Made by a program: the position numbers and the translations under genes | Assembly (NCBI GenBank): GCA_963700145.1 | Contig: OY969474.1 | Location: 576,001 to 640,000 of the forward strand | DNA: 64,000 nt | Direction of reading: 5' to 3' | Source: an uncultured Acidobacteriota bacterium | Lineage (GTDB): Bacteria > Acidobacteriota > Thermoanaerobaculia > Multivoradales > UBA5704 | The notes under the pieces: generated by a model | What the model was told of the DNA's origin: nothing | The model's input: the letters and a program-made list of their open reading frames with translations, nothing else | The model's database searches: none | In this document: positions 12,821 to 22,952 of the stretch, piece after piece | Layout of the letters: each line of letters begins with the position of its first letter | Numbering within the stretch: the stretch's first letter is position 1

Positions 12821-15800
12821 TGCACCCGCCCTCGGACGCGCCGCGCGCCGGCTGGATCGCGCGCGCGATCGCGGTCTCGGCGGCCAACCCGTGGCTGACC
12901 GTGCTGTTCGTCGCCGCGCTCGCGGTCTGGGGCTGGTATGCGCTCGCCCGCTCGCCGCTCGACGCCATCCCCGACCTCTCCGACGTCCAGGTCATCGTCT
13001 TCACCGAGTGGCCGGGGCAGAGCCCGGACATCGTCGAGGACCAGGTCACCTACCCGCTCGCCGCCGCGCTGCTCGCGGCGCCGCGGGTGGCCTTCGTGCG
13101 CGGCCAGTCGATGTTCGGGATGTCGTTCCTCTACGTCATCTTCGACGACGGCACCGACCTCTACTGGGCGCGTTCGCGCGTGCTCGAGTACCTCGACGAG
13201 GCGCGGGCGCGGCTGCCCGAAGGGGTGACGCCGACCCTCGGCCCCGACGCCACCGGCGTCGGCTGGGTCTACCAGTACGCGCTCGTCGACAAGAGCGGCC
13301 GCCTCGACCTCCAGGAGCTGCGCAGCCTCCAGGACTGGAACGTCCGCTTCGCCCTCGAGAGCGTCCCCGGCGTCGCCGAGGTCGCCTCGGTCGGCGGCTT
13401 CGTCAAGGAGTACCAGATCGTCGTCGACCCATTGAAGCTCGAGGCGTTCGGGATCCCGATCCAGGAGGTGGTGCGCGCGGTCCGCGAGTCCAATCAGGAG
13501 GTCGGCGGCCAGGTGCTCGAGCTGGCCGAGCACGAGGTGATGGTGCGCGGTCGCGGCTACGTCCGCGACCGGCGCGACCTCGAGCTGGTGGTGCTGCGGG
13601 CGACCGAGGCCGGCGCCCCGGTGCGCATCGCCGACATCGCCGAGGTGCGGCTCGGACCGGCGCCGCGCCGCGGGTTCGGCGAGCTGGACGGCTTGGGCGA
13701 GGCGGTCGGCGGCATCGTCGTCATGCGCTACGGCGAGAACGCGCTGGCGGTGATCGACGCCGTCGAGGAGCGCCTCGAAGAGGTGCGCGCGAGCCTCCCC
13801 GAGGGGGTCGAGCTGGTCGTCACCTACGACCGCTCGGGGCTGATCCGCGAGTCGATCGACACCCTTACCCGCACCCTGGTCGAGCAGATGCTGGTGGTCT
13901 CGCTGGTGATCGTCGCCTTCCTCCTCCACGCCAGGAGCTCCTTGGTGGCGATCGTCACCCTGCCGGTGGCGGTGCTGGTCTCGTTCATCCCGATGTCGTA
14001 TCAGGGGCTGACTATCAACATCATGTCTCTCGGCGGCATCGCCGTCGCCATCGGCGAGCTGGTCGACGCCTCGATCATCGTCATCGAGAACGTCCACAAG
14101 CGGCTCGAACGCTGGGAGGCGGGCGGCCGCGGCGAGCCGCGGCAGGCGGTGGTCGTCGCCGCGATGCAGGAGGTCGGGCCGTCGCTCTTCTTCTCGCTGC
14201 TGGTGATGACGGTCTCGTTCCTGCCGGTCTTCACGCTCCAGGGGGTCGAAGGGCGGCTGTTCCAGCCGCTCGCGTTCACCAAGTCCTACTCGATGGGCTT
14301 CGGCGCCCTGCTCGCGGTGACCCTGACCCCGGCGCTCGCCGTGCTCTTCATCCGCGGCCGCATCCGCCGCGAGGACGCGAGCCCGGTCAACCGCTGGCTG
14401 ATCCGTCTCTACACACCGGTGGTGCGCTTCGTCGTCCGCTGGCGCTGGCCAGTGGTGGCCGCGGCGGCGCTGGCGACGATCGCGACCGTCCCGGCCTTCC
14501 TCGCGCTGGAGAGCGAGTTCATGCCGCCGCTCCACGAGGGGGCGATCCTCTACATGCCGACCGCGCCGCCGGGGATGGGATCGAGCGAGGCGGTGCGCGT
14601 GCTCCAGGACATGGACCGCAAGCTCCGCGCGTTCCCCGAAGTGGTCTCGGTGTTCGGCAAGATGGGCCGCGCCGAGACCGCCACCGACCCGGCGCCGATC
14701 GGCATGGTCGAGACCGTGGTCGTGCTGAAGCCGCGGGAGGAGTGGCGCCCTGGGCTGACCTGGGACGGCCTGATCGCCGAGATGGACGCCAAGCTCTCCT
14801 ACCCCGGGATGCCCAACATCTGGTGGATGCCGATCCAGACCCGCACCGAGATGCTCTCCACCGGCATCCGCGCGCCGCTCGGGATCAAGGTGTTCGGCGA
14901 CGACCTCGCCACCATCGAGCGCGCCGCGATCGAGATCGAGGGGGTAGTCGCCGGCGTCCCGGGCACCCGCAGCGCCTTCGCCGACCGCTCGACCGGCGGC
15001 TTTTACCTCGACCTCGAGGTCGACCGCGAGGCGGCGGCGCGCTACGGCGTCCGGGTGGCCGACGTCCAGGACGCGGTCGTGACCGCGATCGGCGGCCTGG
15101 CGATCGCCGAGACCATCGAGGGGCGCCAGCGCTACCCGATCGCGGTCCGCTACGCCCGCGGCTTCCGCGACGACCCGCGCTGGCTCGAGCGCGTGCTGGT
15201 CGCCGCCCCGTCGGGTGCCCAGGTGGCGCTGCGTCAGGTGGCGCGGATCACCTTCGCCACCGGGCCGCCGATGATCCGCAGCGAGGACGGCCGGCTGGTC
15301 GGCTACGTCTTCGTCGACCCCGGCGAGCGCCCGCTCGGCGCCTATGTCGAGGAGGCGCGCCGGGCCGTGGCCGAGCGGGTGGCGCTGCCCTCCGGCGTGC
15401 GCATCGAGTGGGCCGGGCAGTTCCGCAACTACGAGCGCGCCCGTGAGCGGCTCAAGGCCGTGGTGCCGGTGACCCTGTTCCTGATCGTGCTGCTGCTCTA
15501 CCTCAACACCCGCTCGGTGGTCGAGGTCGGGATCGTGCTGCTGGCGGTGCCCTTCTCGCTGATCGGTGCGGTGTGGCTGCTCTGGCTGCTCGACTACCAC
15601 CTGAGCGTCGCGGTCTGGGTCGGGCTGATCGCACTCGCCGGGCTCGACGCCGAGACCGGAGTGGTGATGCTGCTCTACCTGAAGCTCGCCTGGCGGCGGA
15701 GGCGCGAGGAAGGACGCCTCGCGAGCTCCGAGGACCTGCGCGAGGCGATCGTCGAGGGCGCGGCGCAGCGCATCCGGCCCAAGCTGATGACCATGTTGAC

Positions 15801-16005
15801 GACGATAGTCGGCCTGCTGCCGGTCATGTGGTCCTCCGGCGCCGGTGCCGACGTGATGAAGCGGATCGCGGCGCCGATGTTCGGCGGCATCGTCACCTCG
15901 TTCCTGCTCGAGCTGACGGTCTATCCGGCGATCTTCGCGCTCTGGAAGCGGCCAGAATCCCCGGGGACCCCGGCGGCGCTCGCCGCAGCCGAGGAGGCGG
16001 CGTGA
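12820..16005 (+). CDS. cusA: CusA/CzcA-family heavy-metal RND permease (Cu/Ag type)
   Basis: DAIPDLSDVQVI, GPDATGVGW, WWMPIQTRTEMLSTG, RIRPKLMT and MKRIAAPM. 1061 aa, coupled to cusB by a TGATG overlap. Confidence 0.93.
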   Translation: MHPPSDAPRAGWIARAIAVSAANPWLTVLFVAALAVWGWYALARSPLDAIPDLSDVQVIVFTEWPGQSPDIVEDQVTYPLAAALLAAPRVAFVRGQSMFGMSFLYVIFDDGTDLYWARSRVLEYLDEARARLPEGVTPTLGPDATGVGWVYQYALVDKSGRLDLQELRSLQDWNVRFALESVPGVAEVASVGGFVKEYQIVVDPLKLEAFGIPIQEVVRAVRESNQEVGGQVLELAEHEVMVRGRGYVRDRRDLELVVLRATEAGAPVRIADIAEVRLGPAPRRGFGELDGLGEAVGGIVVMRYGENALAVIDAVEERLEEVRASLPEGVELVVTYDRSGLIRESIDTLTRTLVEQMLVVSLVIVAFLLHARSSLVAIVTLPVAVLVSFIPMSYQGLTINIMSLGGIAVAIGELVDASIIVIENVHKRLERWEAGGRGEPRQAVVVAAMQEVGPSLFFSLLVMTVSFLPVFTLQGVEGRLFQPLAFTKSYSMGFGALLAVTLTPALAVLFIRGRIRREDASPVNRWLIRLYTPVVRFVVRWRWPVVAAAALATIATVPAFLALESEFMPPLHEGAILYMPTAPPGMGSSEAVRVLQDMDRKLRAFPEVVSVFGKMGRAETATDPAPIGMVETVVVLKPREEWRPGLTWDGLIAEMDAKLSYPGMPNIWWMPIQTRTEMLSTGIRAPLGIKVFGDDLATIERAAIEIEGVVAGVPGTRSAFADRSTGGFYLDLEVDREAAARYGVRVADVQDAVVTAIGGLAIAETIEGRQRYPIAVRYARGFRDDPRWLERVLVAAPSGAQVALRQVARITFATGPPMIRSEDGRLVGYVFVDPGERPLGAYVEEARRAVAERVALPSGVRIEWAGQFRNYERARERLKAVVPVTLFLIVLLLYLNTRSVVEVGIVLLAVPFSLIGAVWLLWLLDYHLSVAVWVGLIALAGLDAETGVVMLLYLKLAWRRRREEGRLASSEDLREAIVEGAAQRIRPKLMTMLTTIVGLLPVMWSSGAGADVMKRIAAPMFGGIVTSFLLELTVYPAIFALWKRPESPGTPAALAAAEEAA

Positions 16006-16051
16006 GGAACCCGAACGCCTTCGCTCTTGGATTCACACAAAGGAGAACCGC

Positions 16052-16582
16052 ATGATCCGACGACTTGCCGGCCCCCTCTTCGTGTTCCTGCTGGTCGCGC
16101 TCCCGGCTGCCCGCGGCCACGCTCAGACCGCCCGCTCCAGCGGCCCCTTCCAAGGCCTCGATCAAATACGTCTTTCGACCGCGGTCGGCGGTCCCCTGGA
16201 TAAGCGGGGAGGCACGGAACCGCAACTGTTCGCGGGCGATCTGAACCGTTTCAATCGCTTCGAGCTGGCCCTGACGACCGCCGTGACCGCCAAGCTGGAC
16301 TCCTGCGGGATCTTTGTGTATTCGGAAGCGCCCGACGAGCTCTCGGTCGAGGTGTTCGGGCGCCTCGAAGAGCTCCGGCAATGTACGCCGCGATACGTCT
16401 ACATGATCCAGGCCAAGGTCCTCAAGTCGAACCCGAGAGCCCCCCAGGCAGAGCGCGAGACCGTCACCCTTCGCCCGGTCATCGGTCTCGCCGACGAGGC
16501 CGGGCTCGAGCGAGCCTTGATCGACGCCGCCGTCGCCGCCGTCGCCGGCGAGCTTCGGGGCTGTCGTCGCAAGCCCGGATAG
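16052..16582 (+). CDS. Exported hypothetical protein
   Basis: AAGGAGA RBS and signal peptide ending AHA-like (GHA|Q). No family recognised. Confidence 0.65.
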   Translation: MIRRLAGPLFVFLLVALPAARGHAQTARSSGPFQGLDQIRLSTAVGGPLDKRGGTEPQLFAGDLNRFNRFELALTTAVTAKLDSCGIFVYSEAPDELSVEVFGRLEELRQCTPRYVYMIQAKVLKSNPRAPQAERETVTLRPVIGLADEAGLERALIDAAVAAVAGELRGCRRKPG

Positions 16583-16689
16583 TCGCGCCTCCGTCCCGGT
16601 TAAGCCCCGTGCGAGCACTCGAGAATAGAAGCGGAAGTCTTGGTGTGTGAAGCCTGCCGCAGCAGGCGAATCGCGGGCGCGATGCTGCG

Positions 16690-18153
16690 ATGGCCACAGA
16701 AGCTACTCGTATTCCCAGCAACCGAGCCTTAGGCGAGGGCTCGAGCGCGCCTTCCCGGTCCCAGCCGGAAGCGGTGGGCGCTCGCTCGGCCACGGGGCGT
16801 GTCCTGGTCGTGGACGACGACCCGGGGACCTGTTGCACGCTGCAGGCGCTGCTGGAGAGCGAGGGTTACCGTGTCGCCACGGCGGGTAACGCCTTCCGGG
16901 GACTGGAGCGGCTGGGCGCGTTCCGCCCGCAGGTCGTTCTCACCGAGCTGCGCCTGCCCGGCCTCGACGGCCTGGCTTTCATGGAGAAGGTCAACGCCGC
17001 CTCGCCGGCGACCCAGGTGGTGGTGATGACCGGGCACGGGTCGGTCGCCGTGGCCGTCGAAGCGATGAAGCGCGGCGCCGACGATTTTCTGGAGAAGCCG
17101 TTCGACCTGAAGGTGCTGGGCCGCACGCTGCGCGACGCGATGGAGCGAGCCTCCCTGCTCGAGGAGGCCGGGGCTGGCGCGGGGCTCGACGGCGGCGCCG
17201 CGGCGCGCCTCGGGGTGGTCGGCGATCACGCGTCGATGGGCGCCGTCCTCCACCGGGCGGAGCAGGTCGCCCGGAGCCGGGCCACCGTCCTGCTCACCGG
17301 CGAGAGCGGCACCGGCAAGAGCCTCCTGGCGGAGACCATTCATCGCCTCTCCGGACGCACCAAGGCGCCCTTCGTGGAGGTGAGCTGCGCGGCCCTCTCC
17401 GAGTCGCTCTTGGAGTCGGAGCTGTTCGGCCACGAGCGGGGCGCCTTCACCGGCGCCATCTCCCGTCACGAGGGGCGCTTCAAGCGCGCCGACGGCGGGA
17501 CCCTGTTCCTCGACGAGATCGGGGCGTGCTCCCTGGCCACGCAGGTGAAGCTGTTGGGATTCCTCCAGACCCGGCGGTTCGAGCGCGTCGGCGGCCGCGA
17601 GATGCTGAGCGTCGACGTGCGGCTGATGGCGGCGACCAACCGCGACCTGCGCGAAGAGGTGGCGGCAGGCCGTTTCCGCGAGGACCTCTACTACCGTCTC
17701 AACGTCTTCTGCATCCAGCTCCCGTCTCTGCGGCTCCGGCGCAGCGACATCCCGGCCCTGGCGTCGAGCTTCCTGACGCGGTTCGCCGCCGAGAACGAGC
17801 GGCGGATCGACGGGTTCTCCCGCCGGGCGCTGGAGCGGCTGCTGGCCTACGACTGGCCGGGCAACGTGCGAGAGCTCGAGCACGCCGTCGAGCACGCCAC
17901 CGTCGTGGCGCGAGGTCGCCTGGTGATGCCGCAGGACCTGCCGGATTGGGTGGGCTCGGTGCCTCGCGACCCGCTGGAGGTGACGATCCCCGGCAGCACG
18001 CTGGCCGATATCGAGCGGGCCGCGATCCTCAAGAGCATGTTGGCCGCCGGGGGGAGGGCGGCCGACGCGGCCGCAATGTTGGGCATCTCCAAGAGCAAGA
18101 TCTACTCCCGCCTCCACGACTATGGCCGCGGGGACTCGGCCGGGGACAGCTAG
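16690..18153 (+). CDS. NtrC-family sigma54-dependent activator with atypical receiver domain
   Basis: REC domain, GESGTGKS, ELFGHERGAFTGA, LFLDEIG, FREDLYYRLN, WPGNVREL and a C-terminal HTH. Confidence 0.92.
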   Translation: MATEATRIPSNRALGEGSSAPSRSQPEAVGARSATGRVLVVDDDPGTCCTLQALLESEGYRVATAGNAFRGLERLGAFRPQVVLTELRLPGLDGLAFMEKVNAASPATQVVVMTGHGSVAVAVEAMKRGADDFLEKPFDLKVLGRTLRDAMERASLLEEAGAGAGLDGGAAARLGVVGDHASMGAVLHRAEQVARSRATVLLTGESGTGKSLLAETIHRLSGRTKAPFVEVSCAALSESLLESELFGHERGAFTGAISRHEGRFKRADGGTLFLDEIGACSLATQVKLLGFLQTRRFERVGGREMLSVDVRLMAATNRDLREEVAAGRFREDLYYRLNVFCIQLPSLRLRRSDIPALASSFLTRFAAENERRIDGFSRRALERLLAYDWPGNVRELEHAVEHATVVARGRLVMPQDLPDWVGSVPRDPLEVTIPGSTLADIERAAILKSMLAAGGRAADAAAMLGISKSKIYSRLHDYGRGDSAGDS

Positions 18154-18154
18154 G

Positions 18155-20413
18155 GTGTACCGCGGAGCTCCCGTTCGGGAACTGATCGTGTGCCTGGCCA
18201 TCGCGGTGCTGGCGCCGGGCGGAACGGCCGCGGCGGCGGTCGGCGGCGGGGGAGTGCGACTACGGGGTGCCGTCGTCGACCCGGTCGGGGGCGCGATCGG
18301 CGGCGCGGTGGTCACCGCGGTGGAGCTCGCGACCGGGAAGCAAACCGCCGCGACCGCGGACGAGCGCGGCCGCTACCGGCTCGAGCTGGCTCCGGGCCGC
18401 TACCGGGTGGAGGCGGTGGCGGCGCACTTCGCGCCGGCGGCCCAGGAGGTCGTCCTCGCCGGCGACGAGGTGCTCGACTTCAAGCTCCCGCTCGCCCGGA
18501 TCTACGACTCGGTCCAGGTCGTCGAGCGCTCGCGCGGCGAGCTGCTGGCCGTGCCCGGCGGTGTCGCCGACGTCGGCGCGGCGGACATCGAGGAAGCCGG
18601 CTACGGCAACGTCTCTGAGGCGCTCAGGCTGCAGCCCGGGGTGATGGCGCGGTCGCGCTTCGGCGCCGACGAGGTGCAGCTCAGCGTGCGCGGCTCCGGG
18701 CTGCGCAACAACTTCCACACGCGGGGCGTCAACCTGCTGTTCAACGGGCGCCCGTACATGGACGCCGACGGCTTCGGCGACTTCGAGTCGCTCGACCTGA
18801 TGGCGACCGAGCGGATCGAGCTGTGGAAGGGGGCCAACGCACTGCGCTTCGGCGGCAACCAGGCCGGCGGCGCGATCAACTTCGTCACTCCGACCGGCGA
18901 GACCGCGCCCGAGCTGACGGTGCGGGCGCTCGGCGGATCGTTCGGCCTGCTCAAGGCCCAGGTCGCGTCGGGCGGCGTGCGGGGACCGCTCGGCTACTAT
19001 GCCAGCTTCAGCACCACCAAGAGCGACGGCTACCGCGACCACTCGGCCCAGCAGCGCCGCCGGCTGTTCTCGAACCTCGAGTGGGAGCTGTCGGCGGACA
19101 CCGACCTGCGCTTCGACCTGGTCTACGCCGGCGTCTCCGAGCAGCTGCCGGGCGCGCTGACGCGGGCGGAGTTCGCGGCCGATCCGCGCCAGGCCGACCC
19201 CGGCAACCGGGCCAACCGGTTCGGGCGCGACTACGACTTCGTCCACGCCGCCTTCGCCCTCGACCACCGGCTGGACGACGAGAACGTCATCGCGGTCAGC
19301 GTCCACGGCCACGTCCGCGACGTCGTCCATCCGATCTTCCAGATCCTCGACCAGGACCAGCGGACGGTGGGAGCCGACGTCGCCTGGCGGCGCACCGGCG
19401 GGCGCACGCGCCTCCTGCTCGGCATCGCGCCCCAGGGCGGCGGCAACCAGGAGGAGCGCTTCGCCAACCTCGGCGGCGAGCGCGGCGCGCCGACCGCGCG
19501 GTTCGCGACCGACGTCGTCAACCTCGGCGCCTACGGCGAGCTGCAGCTCGACGTCACCGAGCGGCTGGCGCTGGTCGCCGGCGGGCGCTGGGACTCGTCG
19601 CGGCGGGAGTTCGACGATCGCTTCCTCGCCGACGGCGACCGCTCGGACGTGCGCACCTTCGAGGCGCTCTCGCCCAAGCTCGGCGCGGTCTGGACCTCGG
19701 GGTCGGGGATCCAGGTCTTCGGCAACGTCAGCCGGGCCTACGAGCCGCCGCTGCTGCTCGAGCTGACGAGCTTCGGCAGCAACGCCGGCTTCATCGACCT
19801 CGAGGCCCAGGACGTCCGGCAGGTCGAGCTCGGCACCCGCGGGGCGCATGGGTCGGTGGTGTGGGACGTGGCGCTGTTCGACTGGGAGGTCGGCAACGAG
19901 ATCGTCAACGTCAACCTCCAGCCGTTCCCGGGGGCGCCGTTCACGATCCCGTCGTACCGCAACGCCGAGCGGACCCGCCATCTCGGGCTCGAGGTCGGCG
20001 GCGCGGTCGCCTTGGGCGACGTCACCTGGCGCGGCGCCTACACCTGGTCGCGCTTCACCTACGTCGGCGATCCCGAGTTCGGCGACAACGACCTGCCGGG
20101 GGCGCCGGAGCACGCCCTCTACACCGAGCTGCGCTGGCAGCACTCGTCGGGCTTCTGGATCGCGCCCAACCTCGACGCCAGCCTCTCGCCCTACTACGTC
20201 GACTCGGCCAACACCACCGAGAACGACCGCTTCGTCCTGCTCGGCTTGAAGGCCGGCGTCCCCATCGGCCGCGTGGAGCTGTCGTTGGAGGCGTCGAACC
20301 TGACAGGTGAGGCCTACTCGGGCTCGGTCCAGGTCGACAACGCGCTCGGACGCTACCTCGAGCCGGGCAACGAACGGGCGCTCCACGTCGGGCTCGGCTG
20401 GTGGCATGACTAG
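18155..20413 (+). CDS. TonB-dependent receptor with N-terminal carboxypeptidase-regulatory-like domain
   Basis: Signal peptide, plug motifs (SVRGSG, ERIELWKGANALRFG...GGAINF), beta-barrel pattern and aromatic C-terminus. Start codon uncertain. Confidence 0.88.
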   Translation: MYRGAPVRELIVCLAIAVLAPGGTAAAAVGGGGVRLRGAVVDPVGGAIGGAVVTAVELATGKQTAATADERGRYRLELAPGRYRVEAVAAHFAPAAQEVVLAGDEVLDFKLPLARIYDSVQVVERSRGELLAVPGGVADVGAADIEEAGYGNVSEALRLQPGVMARSRFGADEVQLSVRGSGLRNNFHTRGVNLLFNGRPYMDADGFGDFESLDLMATERIELWKGANALRFGGNQAGGAINFVTPTGETAPELTVRALGGSFGLLKAQVASGGVRGPLGYYASFSTTKSDGYRDHSAQQRRRLFSNLEWELSADTDLRFDLVYAGVSEQLPGALTRAEFAADPRQADPGNRANRFGRDYDFVHAAFALDHRLDDENVIAVSVHGHVRDVVHPIFQILDQDQRTVGADVAWRRTGGRTRLLLGIAPQGGGNQEERFANLGGERGAPTARFATDVVNLGAYGELQLDVTERLALVAGGRWDSSRREFDDRFLADGDRSDVRTFEALSPKLGAVWTSGSGIQVFGNVSRAYEPPLLLELTSFGSNAGFIDLEAQDVRQVELGTRGAHGSVVWDVALFDWEVGNEIVNVNLQPFPGAPFTIPSYRNAERTRHLGLEVGGAVALGDVTWRGAYTWSRFTYVGDPEFGDNDLPGAPEHALYTELRWQHSSGFWIAPNLDASLSPYYVDSANTTENDRFVLLGLKAGVPIGRVELSLEASNLTGEAYSGSVQVDNALGRYLEPGNERALHVGLGWWHD

Positions 20414-21155
20414 CGTTCGCCCGCTGCTCCTGCTGCTCTCCCTCGCCGCACCGGCCGCCGCCGAGGAGGTAGTCGTCGCCGTCGCCGCCAACTTCACCGA
20501 GGTCGTGGAGCGGCTCGAAGCCGACTTCGAGCGCGACAGCGGGCACACTTTGTCCGTCGTGGCCGGGTCCACCGGCAAGCTCTACGCCCAGATCGCCAAC
20601 GGCGCCCCGTTCGACGTCTTCCTCTCCGCCGACCAGGAGAGGCCCGAGCGGCTGGAGAAGGAACGCCTGGCGGTTGCCGGCTCGCGCTTCACCTACGCCA
20701 CCGGGCGCCTAGCGCTGTGGAGCTCCGAGCCCGGCCGCGTCGGCGGCGACGGCGCGGCCACGCTGCGTCAGGGGGAGTTCCGCCGGCTGGCGATCGCCAA
20801 TCCCGCCCTGGCTCCCTACGGCGCGGCGGCGAAGGAGACGCTCGAGAAGCTCGGCCTCTGGGAGCGCTTCAAGGAGAGGATCGTCATGGGCGAGACGATC
20901 GGTCAGGCGCACACCCTCGTCGCCTCCGGCAACGCGGAGCTCGGCTTCGTCGCGCTCTCCTCCCTGCTCAGTCCGCGGAGCGAGGCCAAGGGCAGTCGCT
21001 GGGACGTGCCTCCCGGGCTGCACGCGCCGATTCACCAGGACGCCGTCCTGCTCACCAGAGCCGCCGGCAACGCCGCGGCACGGGGCTTCCTCGACTTGCT
21101 GCGCAGCGAGAAGGCCAAGGCCGTCATCCGCAGCTACGGCTACAGGATCGATTGA
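20406..21155 (+). CDS. modA: Molybdate ABC transporter substrate-binding protein
   Basis: VAVAANF, GSTGKLYAQIANGAPFDVFLSAD, IANP..APYGAAA. Overlaps the receptor stop. Confidence 0.93.
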   Translation: MTSVRPLLLLLSLAAPAAAEEVVVAVAANFTEVVERLEADFERDSGHTLSVVAGSTGKLYAQIANGAPFDVFLSADQERPERLEKERLAVAGSRFTYATGRLALWSSEPGRVGGDGAATLRQGEFRRLAIANPALAPYGAAAKETLEKLGLWERFKERIVMGETIGQAHTLVASGNAELGFVALSSLLSPRSEAKGSRWDVPPGLHAPIHQDAVLLTRAAGNAAARGFLDLLRSEKAKAVIRSYGYRID

Positions 21156-21157
21156 CG

Positions 21158-21844
21158 ATGGAGCTGCGGCACCTGCCGGACCTCGGTCCGCTCTGGCTCA
21201 CCCTGCGCCTGGCCGCCTCGGCGACCGGCATCCTCCTGCTCGTCGGCACCCCGATCGCGTGGTGGCTGGTGAGGACGAGGTCCCGCTTTCGGCCGGCCTT
21301 CGAGGCGGTCATCGCGCTGCCGCTCGTGCTGCCGCCGACGGTGCTCGGCTTCTATCTGCTGCTGCTTCTCGGGCCGAGGTCCACGCTGGGCGGCCTCTGG
21401 GTGCGGCTGACCGACAGCACCCTGACGTTTTCGTTCGGCGGGCTGCTCATCGCCTCGGTGCTCTACTCGATGCCGTTCATGGTGCAGCCGCTGCAGAGCG
21501 CGTTCGAGACCGTCAGCCGCGAGCCGATGGAAGCGGCGGCCACTCTCCGCGCCGCGCCGCTCGACGCCTTCTTCACCGTCGTGGTGCCGCTGTCGATCCG
21601 CGGCTTCCTCACCGCGGCGGTGCTCACCTTCGCCCACACGCTCGGCGAGTTCGGTGTCGTGCTCATGGTGGGCGGCAACATCCCGGGCAAGACGCGGGTG
21701 ATCTCGATCGCCATCTACGAGCACGTGGAGACCCTCCGCTATGCAGACGCGCACGCTCTCTCGGCCATTCTCCTGGTCTTCTCGTTCGTGGTCCTGGCCG
21801 TGGTCTATACCGTCAATCGCACCCTCCCCCTCCACCTCCGATGA
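21158..21844 (+). CDS. modB: Molybdate ABC transporter permease
   Basis: LPLVLPPTVLGFYLL, EAA motif, FAHTLGEFGVVLMVGGNIPGKT. Confidence 0.95.
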   Translation: MELRHLPDLGPLWLTLRLAASATGILLLVGTPIAWWLVRTRSRFRPAFEAVIALPLVLPPTVLGFYLLLLLGPRSTLGGLWVRLTDSTLTFSFGGLLIASVLYSMPFMVQPLQSAFETVSREPMEAAATLRAAPLDAFFTVVVPLSIRGFLTAAVLTFAHTLGEFGVVLMVGGNIPGKTRVISIAIYEHVETLRYADAHALSAILLVFSFVVLAVVYTVNRTLPLHLR

Positions 21845-21848
21845 CGCG

Positions 21849-22934
21849 CTGGTCTTCGACCTGCGGGTGCGCCTCGGCGACTTCGAGCTCGACGTCGCCG
21901 GCGAGATCGACACCGGCCGGGTGACCGCGATCTTCGGGCCGAGCGGCAGCGGCAAGAGCACTCTCCTGCGCATCCTGGCCGGCCTCGAGCGGAGCGCCAG
22001 CGGACGTCTGTCGCTCGGCCGCGAGGTCTGGCTCGACAGCGCTCGCGGGCTCGACGTCCCGGCGCACCGCCGGCCGGTCGGCTACATGTTCCAGGAGGCG
22101 CGGCTGTTCCCTCACCTGACCGCGGAAGGCAACCTCCGCTATGCTGCGCGCAGGGCGAGATGCGAACGGCAGGTCGTCACCTTCGACGAGGTGGTGGACG
22201 CTCTGGACCTCGAGCCGCTTCTGCCGCGGCGGACGTCGAGCCTGTCGGGAGGGGAGCGCCAGCGGGTCGCCCTCGGCCGCACGCTGCTCGCTCAGCCGCG
22301 GCTGCTCCTGCTCGACGAGCCCATATCCGCGCTCGACACCTCACGCAAGATGGAGATCCTGCCGTACCTCGAAGCGCTCCACCCCCGTTTCGGCATCCCC
22401 ACTCTCTACGTGAGCCACTCCGTCGACGAAGTCGCCCTGTTGGCGGACCGCATTCTCGTCCTGGCCGGAGGGCGGGTGGCGGCGAAAGGCCGCACCGCCG
22501 AGATCTTCGAGCGTCTCGACCTCGGGTCGATCGCCGACCGCCGCGGCGCCGCCACCGTCGTCGAGGCGAGGGTCATGCGCCACGACCCCGAGTATCGCCT
22601 GACGTGGCTCGATCTGGCGGGGCAGACGTTGGTGGTTCCGCAGCGCGAGCACTTCGCCGAGGGCGAGGAGGCGTGCGTGGTCATCCGCGCGCGCGACGTC
22701 TCGCTGGCGACCGTTCGCCCGCAGCGCGTGAGCATCCAGAACATCCTCCAGGGTCGAGTGTGCGAGGTGCGAGAGCGCGAGGGCTCGGCATTCGCCGAGG
22801 TCTCGGTCGAGCTCGGGCCGCACCGCCTCCTCGCCCGCATCACGCGCCTGTCGCTGCGCGAGCTCGAGCTCGGCGTCGGCTCGCCGGTCTTCGCCCTGTT
22901 GAAAAGCGTGAGTCTCTCGAAACAGCGGGCGTAG
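21849..22934 (+). CDS. modC: Molybdate ABC transporter ATPase with TOBE/mop domain
   Basis: GPSGSGKST, FQEARLFPHL, LSGGERQR, LLLDEP and a C-terminal mop-like domain. Start is ambiguous (CTG 21849, GTG 21867, or an out-of-frame ATG at 21841). Confidence 0.9.
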   Translation: MVFDLRVRLGDFELDVAGEIDTGRVTAIFGPSGSGKSTLLRILAGLERSASGRLSLGREVWLDSARGLDVPAHRRPVGYMFQEARLFPHLTAEGNLRYAARRARCERQVVTFDEVVDALDLEPLLPRRTSSLSGGERQRVALGRTLLAQPRLLLLDEPISALDTSRKMEILPYLEALHPRFGIPTLYVSHSVDEVALLADRILVLAGGRVAAKGRTAEIFERLDLGSIADRRGAATVVEARVMRHDPEYRLTWLDLAGQTLVVPQREHFAEGEEACVVIRARDVSLATVRPQRVSIQNILQGRVCEVREREGSAFAEVSVELGPHRLLARITRLSLRELELGVGSPVFALLKSVSLSKQRA

Positions 22935-22952
22935 CCGCCCCGAAAGGAAACG

